A stretch of 64,000 bases of DNA from Desulfatiglandales bacterium (GTDB taxonomy: Bacteria; Desulfobacterota; DSM-4660; Desulfatiglandales; HGW-15). Of this stretch, positions 39,621 to 50,700 are shown piece after piece. The notes beneath the pieces are model-generated. The model was not told where the DNA came from. It was given only the letters and a program-made list of their open reading frames with translations, and did not search any database. Positions within the stretch are counted from its first letter, which is position 1, and the number at the start of each line of letters is the position of its first letter. The stretch covers positions 868,550-932,549 of the forward strand of contig CAXXPR010000001.1 of NCBI GenBank assembly GCA_963665715.2, read 5' to 3'. Both the position numbers and the translations under genes were made by a program.

Positions 39621-39635
39621 GCATATTGTGTGCCA
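39621..39635 (-). promoter_or_regulatory. Sigma-54 (-24/-12) promoter of the chemosensory operon
   Basis: The minus strand reads TGGCAC-ACAAT-ATGCT, against the consensus TGGCAC-N5-TTGCW. GG and GC have the exact spacing. It lies about 70 nt upstream of the ATG at 39550 and just downstream of a sigma-54 activator gene. Confidence 0.6.
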
Positions 39636-39740
39636 GAAGGTCGGGAAAATAGGAAATGTAGTTAAAACAGTATGTTGTAGGGTATGGAGTATTGTGTGAT
39701 ATCTGAATTTGCCAGTGTATTCCTAAAAAGAGGAAAATTA

Positions 39741-39760
39741 TTTTCCAGTTTCCTGGAAAA
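39741..39760. promoter_or_regulatory. Perfect 8-4-8 inverted repeat, candidate enhancer (UAS) for the NtrC-type activator
   Basis: TTTTCCAG-TTTC-CTGGAAAA lies about 105-140 nt upstream of the -24/-12 element. This is the usual distance for EBP binding sites. Confidence 0.4.
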
Positions 39761-39874
39761 TGGAAGTCAAAAACAGGTAATATTACGGAAAAATGGGAAA
39801 TAAAACAGCATCACGATAATCTGCTGTTAAGGCATATAATTGGTACTGTTATTCAGCGATGATTTTAAAATGTT

Positions 39875-41308
39875 TCAGGCTGAATGCCCGGCGCTGTCTC
39901 CGGAATAGCTGCTGCTGAAACGGGAGAGGTTATATTTTTTCAGGAGACCGTAGAGTCTGGACTGTGACACTCCGGATACACGGCATGCTTCTCTTCTGTC
40001 TCCGTTGACCCTGTCCAGCAGTTCTATAAGGTAGTTTTTTTCGGTTTTTTCCCTGTAATCGGAAAGAGTTGAAAGTTCGGCATTTCCAAGGCCTGTTTTT
40101 TCAACGGGCCTGCTCGATTCGGTTTCGGTGCTGAGTTTTTCCATTAACCTTGCAGTACGGTATTCTACCGGCAGATGTTTCGGGTAAAGGGTAGGGGCTT
40201 CTCCTGCAGATGCAAGGGCATACTCTATGGCGTTAATTAATTCCCTGATATTCCCGGGCCATTTCTGCATCATGAGAGTATCAAAAAAATCCTGTGAAAC
40301 ACCTTTCATTCCAATGTCGTATTTTGTTGAAAGCTGGTGTATTTTTTCAATAGCAATTTCCTTTATGTCTTCTCCCCTGTCTCTCAGCGGAGGAAGTTTT
40401 ATTTCTATTGCACCGATTCTGTATAAAAGGTCTTCCCTGAACCTGCCTTCTCTTACCAGTTTTTTCAAGTCGCGGTTGGTTGCAGCTACAAGCCTGAAAT
40501 CAACGGATATTTCTTTTTTTGCTCCAAGGGGCAGAATCTTTTTTTCCTGCAGGCATCGTAAAAGGGTTTTCTGGGTGCTCATTGGAAGGTCGCCTATTTC
40601 ATCCAGGAACAGGGTGCCGCCCTTTGCCTGAACAACCAGGCCATATTTTTGGCGATCTGCACCGGTGAAGGCTCCTTTTTCATGGCCGAACAGAATGCCT
40701 TCTGCAAGTGTCTCCGGAAGCGCTGCACAGTCGATAATACAGAAATTCTCCAGAGATCTTCTGCTGTTCTGATGAATTGCCCTTGCAAAGAGTTCTTTTC
40801 CTGTTCCGGTTTCTCCTGTTATCAGAACGCTTGCATCTGTTACCGATGCCCGCGCCGTGCTTTTCAGGCAGTTGCTTATAACTGACGAGCTTCCTATAAT
40901 GCTGTTCTGTTTAAGGATAAGGGGCCTGCTGGCTATCTCTTTTTCCTGGCGGTACTGAAGCGCCCTTGTAATGGGAAGAGAAACATCATGAATGCTGAAT
41001 GGTTTCTGGATGTAATCCCATGCCCCTGATTTAAATGCTATTTCTGCACAGTCAAGATCTCCTGAGCCGGTAATAATTATGACTTCAGGATTTGATGGTG
41101 AATCCAGTATATAAGGCAGCCCCCCCAGTCCGTTTCCGTCAGGGAGCTCAAGGTCAAGCAGTACAAGGTCAAAGCTGCCTGATTCAAGCAGAGCAAGACT
41201 GTCTTTAAGCGTGTGGACAACATCCGCCTCATGCCCGAGCCTTTTACATACTCCTGCCATGGATCGGCAGATATTCTCATCATCATCAATTATTAATAGT
41301 CTATGCAT
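39875..41308 (-). CDS. Sigma-54-dependent response regulator (NtrC family)
   Basis: 477 aa. It has a receiver (DLVLLDLELPDGNG), Walker A GETGTGKE, GAFTGA (HEKGAFTGAD), and a C-terminal HTH (REACRVSGVSQSRLYGLLKKYN). Confidence 0.9.
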   Translation of the reverse strand: MHRLLIIDDDENICRSMAGVCKRLGHEADVVHTLKDSLALLESGSFDLVLLDLELPDGNGLGGLPYILDSPSNPEVIIITGSGDLDCAEIAFKSGAWDYIQKPFSIHDVSLPITRALQYRQEKEIASRPLILKQNSIIGSSSVISNCLKSTARASVTDASVLITGETGTGKELFARAIHQNSRRSLENFCIIDCAALPETLAEGILFGHEKGAFTGADRQKYGLVVQAKGGTLFLDEIGDLPMSTQKTLLRCLQEKKILPLGAKKEISVDFRLVAATNRDLKKLVREGRFREDLLYRIGAIEIKLPPLRDRGEDIKEIAIEKIHQLSTKYDIGMKGVSQDFFDTLMMQKWPGNIRELINAIEYALASAGEAPTLYPKHLPVEYRTARLMEKLSTETESSRPVEKTGLGNAELSTLSDYREKTEKNYLIELLDRVNGDRREACRVSGVSQSRLYGLLKKYNLSRFSSSYSGDSAGHSA

Positions 41309-41578
41309 TTTATCGTTTTTTATCCGGGTTAATAAATTTGTTCCTTTTTTTTAACTTAAATACTCCTATTATGGTGATGTCGGATTTGACGCCATTAAGT
41401 ATTCTAAAAATATGTATAAGTTAGTTAAATTATGCTGTATATATTAACTGCAGCATATGCTCTTTCCTGATAGTAACTTATGCAAATTCAATGCCTTGTA
41501 AAAAAATATTTTATTCCGGGCAGGTATGTGCATGCGCCCGGGTATGATGCAGTATAAAGATCAGATCTGTTAAATGGT

Positions 41579-41608
41579 TTCCGCTGCCTGAAGATTCCGG
41601 CAGCGGAA
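41579..41608 (-). terminator. Hairpin downstream of katG
   Basis: TTCCGCTGCC-N10-GGCAGCGGAA lies about 50 nt after the katG stop. The flanks are A/T-rich but there is no clean T-tract. Confidence 0.4.
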
Positions 41609-41658
41609 AATTAATTTATTTCTATCATATCAAAGAGATATGTGCAAAAAAAATTGTT

Positions 41659-43926
<2,268 letters not shown>

Positions 43927-43990
43927 TTAAATGATTGTTTGCTGCTTATTAGTATTGCTCTGTTTTTATTGATGAAATCTTAATTAAAGA

Positions 43991-44449
43991 TTATTTCTGC
44001 TCACCGGGAAGCTGTTTTCCCTGGCAGTCAGGGCAGATTCCAAAAAAATCCAGGCGGTGACTTGTTATTTTGAATCCTGTCTCATCAACCAGTTCGGCTG
44101 AAATATCTTTAAGGCTGTCGAGATCAGGATCAATTATTTTTTTGCAAACAGTGCAAATCAGGTGTGGATGGGGATCGGGTTTATTTCCGTCATATCTGCT
44201 GCTTTCCGTCCCAAAGCCAAGTTCAAGAACTTCTCCAAGCTCCTTGAGCATTGAAATGTTTTTATAAACGGTTGCAAGGCTTGTTGTCGGGAATTCCTCT
44301 TTGACCTGTTCATAAATACTTTCAACACTGGGGTGTCCTTCACTTTTAGACAGGACGCCCAGAATAGCAATACGCTGGGGTGTTATTCTGCATCCCTTTT
44401 CCCGCATTTTTTGAATCATTGTTTCAAGACGTATTTTATGATCGGTCAT
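43991..44449 (-). CDS. perR: Fur-family transcriptional regulator, PerR-like
   Basis: 152 aa with a winged helix (CRITPQRIAIL) and HPHLICTVCKKIID plus CPDC zinc/regulatory sites. It is colinear with B. subtilis PerR as recalled. It lies directly upstream of katG on the same strand. Confidence 0.75.
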   Translation of the reverse strand: MTDHKIRLETMIQKMREKGCRITPQRIAILGVLSKSEGHPSVESIYEQVKEEFPTTSLATVYKNISMLKELGEVLELGFGTESSRYDGNKPDPHPHLICTVCKKIIDPDLDSLKDISAELVDETGFKITSHRLDFFGICPDCQGKQLPGEQK

Positions 44450-44504
44450 AATACCGAAAATATACTCCTTTTATTAAAATACGTAAAGAGATAATAATTC
44501 CTAC

Positions 44505-44519
44505 CTGATAATTGTTATC
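44505..44519. promoter_or_regulatory. Fur-family 7-1-7 operator box upstream of perR
   Basis: TGATAATTGTTATCA matches the classical TGATAATnATTATCA at 14 of 15 positions. It is 56 nt upstream of the perR start, in the divergent region shared with the first giant gene. Confidence 0.6.
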
Positions 44520-44777
44520 AATAATAATTGGCTTTAATACTGAAGTCAATAACTTCTATGTCAGAAAATTAATTAAAAGAGTTAATTTAATTTATTAAAT
44601 AATAAAAAAAGGCCGATAGAAACCCTGTAAAGATTTCCTGCCACAGGTGCGTCCTGAAATTGGAATTGGTCAGTTTAAATAAATATAAATCGATTAAAGC
44701 TAATTAACAATAATCGGTTAAGCTGACAGGGTTAAGTTGATACTGTTACTATTGATTTTGAATTATCTGGAGGATGT

Positions 44778-47700
44778 ATGGCGAAAAAAAGAAAAAGCAC
44801 GTCTGATAAAAAAAACAGCACATTAAAAAGAACAAATAAGCTTAGATTAGCTCTGGAACCCAGAATCCTGTATGATGCTTCAGGCCTTGCTGCAGGGCTT
44901 GATATAATATCAGATGGAACGGATATCGGAGATCATGCACTGGATAATGCAGATCAGGCAGATACTGTTGAATCCTCCATTTCTATTGACAGTATAAGCG
45001 AATTTATTCCTCCTGCCGTCCAGAATGTGGATGAAATAGTTTTTGTGGATCCCGGTGTAAGAGATTATTCTGAACTCATAAAAAATATTGATTCCGATGC
45101 AACTGTAATAGTGCTGGATCCGGATAAAGACGGTATAAGCCAGATAACAGATATATTAAGCGGATATGAAAATATATCATCCGTTCACATCCTTTCCCAT
45201 GGTAATGAAGCCGGCATTAACCTTGGTTCTGTAGAATTTAACAGCGATGTTATTGATTTTTACAGCAGTTCCCTTAAGGAATGGAAAAACTCTCTTACCG
45301 AAGATGCTGATATCCTGATATACGGCTGTGATGTCGCAAAGGGCGAAGAAGGAAGCGCTTTTATATCAAAAATAGCTGATCTTACCGGTGCCGATATAGC
45401 CGCTTCCACTGATACAACGGGAATAGAAAGGCTTGGAGGGGACTGGGATCTGGAATATCAGACCGGTGATATCGAGGCTGACACACCCTTTGATCCTTAC
45501 GATATTGAAGCATATGATGATGTGCTTGCAGGTCTGGAATATGCCGATTTAAACAACTGGACAGCAGAAGGTGATTCCAGTGCTGACTGGGAAATTGAAG
45601 AAGGGGGAAGAACAGTCGTACAGCACTATAACGGAAGCGCAATGTTTTTTCTTTCGGATGATGCTGCCGCAGTTGATATAGCCATACAGGGAACCCTTCT
45701 CCAGAGTGACACTGATTTTACCACCAATTATTCCGGCGACGGGGACATTATGGGATACGTCTTCGGATATCAGGATTCAAGCAATTACTATGTTTTTGAA
45801 TGGTCCGGTCCGGATTCAGATAATGATATGTATCTCTATAAAGTGACGAACGGAAGTAAAACCATTCTGGATGAATATCATGATCTTGAATGGACCAAAG
45901 ATGTCACCTATGATGTCCGGATACTTTATATGTCCAATACTATTAAAGTTTCGGTAGATGGGGTTAATTACCTTGAAGCATCAGGAACTTTTGCAGCAGG
46001 AAAATTCGGATTTTATAATTATTCCCAGGGCGCTGTACAGTATGGAAATGTCAGGACCGCACCGGGTTCACTGGTCGAAGTCGTTCCTGAAGTAAGTAAT
46101 GATACCTATGGAGTAGATGAAAACACCACGATTAATATCGATCGTTTCAGCGGGCTATTGAGTAATGACTATGATCCGAATCTTGATGTTTTTACTCTTA
46201 CAGTAAACGGAACACTCCTTAACACAGATGATGCATCAACAACATTCGATACAGCCCACGGCCAGGCCACAGTCTATGGTGACGGTCATTTTTCATATAC
46301 TCCGGATAATGATTATACAGGATCGGACACCTTTATATACTATCTTACTGATGATGACGGCAATTCCTATGATGCCACGGTAACTCTTAATATAATGGAG
46401 CCCAATGTGGCTCCAACCGATATAACCATAGACTGTAATACTGTAGAAAGCGGAGTCTCAGACGGAACAGTAATAGGGGCTCTTTCCACGACAGATGGAA
46501 ATACAGATGATGCCCATGATTATATGCTCATAGATAATTCCGGGGGACGTTTCGGGATCAGCGGAAACAATATTACCGTTGCAGACGGATCGCTTATATC
46601 GGAAGGCTCCTATAATATTACGGTCCGTACAACAGACCTCAGGGGTCTTTCATATGATGAAGTAATTACAATAGAGGTGGCTGACGGTGCTCCGACCATA
46701 ACAACCACCGACAGCAGTTCGGTGTGGATAGAAGACGGAGCCGCAGTAATAATTGCACCTGATCTGACCATAACTGATGCGGGCGGCGAAAACATTGAAA
46801 GTGCGAAGGTCACAATCAATAATAAAATAAATGGTGATATACTGTCATTTATCGATCAGAACGGCATTACTGGTGATTATGACAGCTCAACAGGCGTGCT
46901 CACTCTTACGGGTTCTGCATCGATTTCCAGTTATCAGACTGCATTAAGGAGTATTACCTTTAAAAGCTCTGTAGATGAAGTTGATACAACTTCAAGAGAC
47001 ATATCCTTTACAATCGGAAGCGCAATATCCAGTTCCGATACCGGTCACTATTATGAATACATAGACGGCACCTACACATGGAGTGAAGCAAAGGCTGCAG
47101 CAGAGGCAAGGACTCTTTACGGTCTTCAGGGATATCTTGCAACAATAACCTCTCTGGAAGAAAATACATATATACAGGAGAAACTTCAGGCTGATGCATG
47201 GATCGGTGCGTCAGATCAGGATACCGAGGGTGTATGGAAGTGGGTCACAGGACCTGAAGCCGGCACGATTTTTTACATGGATCCGGATAACTTTGCTGAA
47301 AATTCCGGAACTGTTACCTGGGACTACTGGAACTCGGGTGAGCCCAATGATTCTGACGGAAATGAACATTATGCCGAAATATATTCTTCAGGATCAAACC
47401 CCGGTATGTGGAATGATCTTCCTGACTCCTGGGAATTGGGTTATGTAGTGGAATACGGCGGAACTGCGGGTGATCCGGTTCTTCAATTAACCGCAACTAA
47501 AACCGTAAATATTCTATCCTCAAATGATGCCCCTGTACTCAGCGGACTAACATCAAAAACTGTAGATGAAAATGCTGCAGCATCGGTTATTGATGCGGAC
47601 ATTACTTTTTCCGATGTGGATTCCTCTGATCTGGACGGCGGAACAGTAACTGTATCCGGCCTTGATGCAGAAGATATTGTATCAATTGCATCCGGGGTCA

Positions 47701-50700
47701 GCCATTCAGCCGGAGCTGTTCAGCGATCAGGTAATGAGGTACAGATCTCTGACGGTTCATCATGGACAACTATAGGAACAATAGGCACGGATGCAGATGA
47801 GACAGGCGCCGGAGAAACACTTGTTATTACACTCAACAGCAATGCGGATCCGGCAAATGTTGATGCCCTGCTTCAGTCACTTACCTTTTATAACAATGAT
47901 GACACTCCTGCAACAGCCCGTACCCTGAGTATAACTGTAACGGACGGCGACGGCGGCACAACCGGCGCGCAGAATGTTTCCATTTCCATCACACCTGCCA
48001 ATGATGCCCCTTCAGTGGAAACACCGGGCACCATAACCATAACGGATACAGACTCGGCAAATATTTACGGGGATATAACCGGTACAGTAAATGCCTCTGA
48101 CGCAGAAGGCTCTTCCCTGATATACGGTCTGGATGCCGGAGTTGTATCAGGAGGTTTCAGTATACTGGCAGGAACCTACGGTACACTTACAATAGATACG
48201 GCAACCGGTGATTATGTTTACACCCCGGACAATGATGCTGTAAACGGTCTTGATTCGGGTATAACAGAAACCTTTACTGCAACTGTAAGTGACGGCAGTG
48301 TTTCATCAAATACAACCATTACGGTAGATATCAATGCTGTGCCCGAAAGTGTGCAGGGATATGTTGAACAGGACTCTGCCATAACACCTTTAATCAATGC
48401 AACCATAACCACCGAAGGTGATGTATCCTATTCCGGCGGTTACATGGATTTTGAGGTAAACGATTCCGAAAGCAGTGAAACAATAGGCCTTATAAGGTCC
48501 GATACAGCTTCAATAGTAAACGGTGCGGTAACAATAGTAGGAAACGCAGTGTACCTGGGAGACGGAACTACAGCAAAGGTTATAGGAAGTGTAGACGGAA
48601 CCCTGAATGGCGAAAACGGCCAGAAGCTGCGTATAAATTTCAGTGTTGATTTCGAAAACGGAGATTTTGAAGTCGGCGCTAACGGTGATTTAACGGTAGT
48701 TGGCTGGACCATAGTAAATGACAGGGTAATCTTCGGGCAGGATCAGATAGCAGGGCAGGATACTCCAATAGATGCAACTTATCCTGCTAATAATCTTGCC
48801 AAAACGGTAAATGACAACGGTGAGCTTGAATTTCCTGACGGCATAAAAGATATAGGCAACCTTGATAGCGAGAGTTATTCAACAACAGTAATATCGGGAG
48901 CAGAAGCCAACGGTGGAACCGGAAATTCCATAAAGATGAACAGTAACCTTAATTCTGCTGACGGATATGAAGTCATCAGGGGACCTTATATTTACAGTAA
49001 CGGTACGGTTGCTCTTGAAGCCGGAGACTCCGTTTCCTTTTACTGGAAAGCAGAAGGCGGAGGTGACGCCTATGATGTATACGGGTATATAGTAAATGTA
49101 AATACAGGTGAGACCCAGGTCATTCTGGACGAAACGGGAAGCAGCACCTCTGCCACTACAAACTGGGCGCAGGAATCCGTTTCTGTAGCAAATGCAGGGG
49201 AGTACAGGTTTGTTTTTGTTTCCGGTTCCTATGATTATTCTGGCGGCGAAGCTATGGGCGCCCAGCTTTATATAGATGATGTACAGGTAACCCAGGCGAA
49301 TCCTCCGGACGGTGTTTCAGGAGATGCCCTTGAGCAGATAGCAAAACTTGTCACCTATGAAAACAGTTCCGATCTGACTGCAGCCAACGGTACAATAAGC
49401 AAAACAATGACTGTTACAGCCGTTCAGGCCGATAATACATCGGGCAGTTCAGCCCAGGCTATTGAGATAACAGAGGTAAATGATGTACCTTCTGTGGTTA
49501 CACCATCCGTTATTACCATTACAGATACAGATTCAGCCAATATTTTCGGCGATATAACCGGCACAGTAAATGCTTCTGATTTAGATGCAGGCACAGTCCT
49601 TACATACGGGCTGGACAGCGGGACAGTGTCAGAGGGGTACAGTACCCTTACAGGAACATACGGAACTCTTTCAATAAACACTGCTACCGGTGAATATGTG
49701 TATACACCGGATAGTGACGGCATAAACGCTTTGTCATCAGACGCAAATGATCTTTTTACAGTAACGGTCAGTGACGGTACTGCCACTTCAACTACAACCC
49801 TTACGGTAGATATAGACGCCGTGCCTGAAAGTGTTCAGAGTTATGTGGAGCAGGACCCGGCCATAACGCCTCTGAGTAATTCGAGCATAACAGCAGAAAG
49901 CAGCGTGTCCTATTCGGGCGGTTATATGGATTTTGAGGTGAGTGATTCCGAAAGCGGTGAAACAATAGGTCTTATAAGATCCGATACAGCCTCAATAGTA
50001 AACGGCATGGTAAGTATAGTAGGAAACGCCGTGTACCTGGGAGACGGAACCACAGCAAAGGTTATAGGAAGTGTAGACGGAACCCTGAATGGAGAAAACG
50101 GCCAGAAGCTGCGTATAAACTTCAGTGTTGATTTTGAAAACGGAGATTTTGAAGTCGGTTCTAACGGAGATTTAACGGTAGTTGGCTGGACCATAGTAAA
50201 TGACAGGGTAATCTTCGGGCAGGATCAGATAGCAGGACAGGATACTCCAATAGATTCTACATATCCTGCTTATAACGGCACTCTGGAAGACAGCAGCGGC
50301 GGCAGCGGAAGTTATGATACAACGGTTATATCAGGCGCCGAGGCAAACGGTGGTACCGGTAACTCCATAAGAATGCACAGTTCCCTGCATTCAAACAGCG
50401 GATACGCAGTAATGAGAGGGCCATACATATACAGTAACGGTACAGTTGCTCTTGAAGCCGGAGATTCCGTCTCATTTTACTGGAAGGCAGAGGGCGGGAG
50501 TGATGCCTATGATGTTTACGGATATATAGTAAATGTCAACACCGGTGAAGTTCAGGTTATTCTTGATGAAACAGGCGGCAGTACATATGCTACCACAAAC
50601 TGGGCACAGGAATCCATCAGTGTTGCAAGCGCCGGTGAATACAGGTTTGTGTTTGTGTCGGGTTCATATGATTACACCGGCGGCAGGGCCCTGGGTGCAC

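Noticed and set aside
44521-44545. Sigma-54 promoter upstream of giant gene 1 (TGGCTTTAATACTGA)
   Set aside because: GG is present but the -12 GC is absent at the required spacing. Only the gene 2 site fits the geometry.
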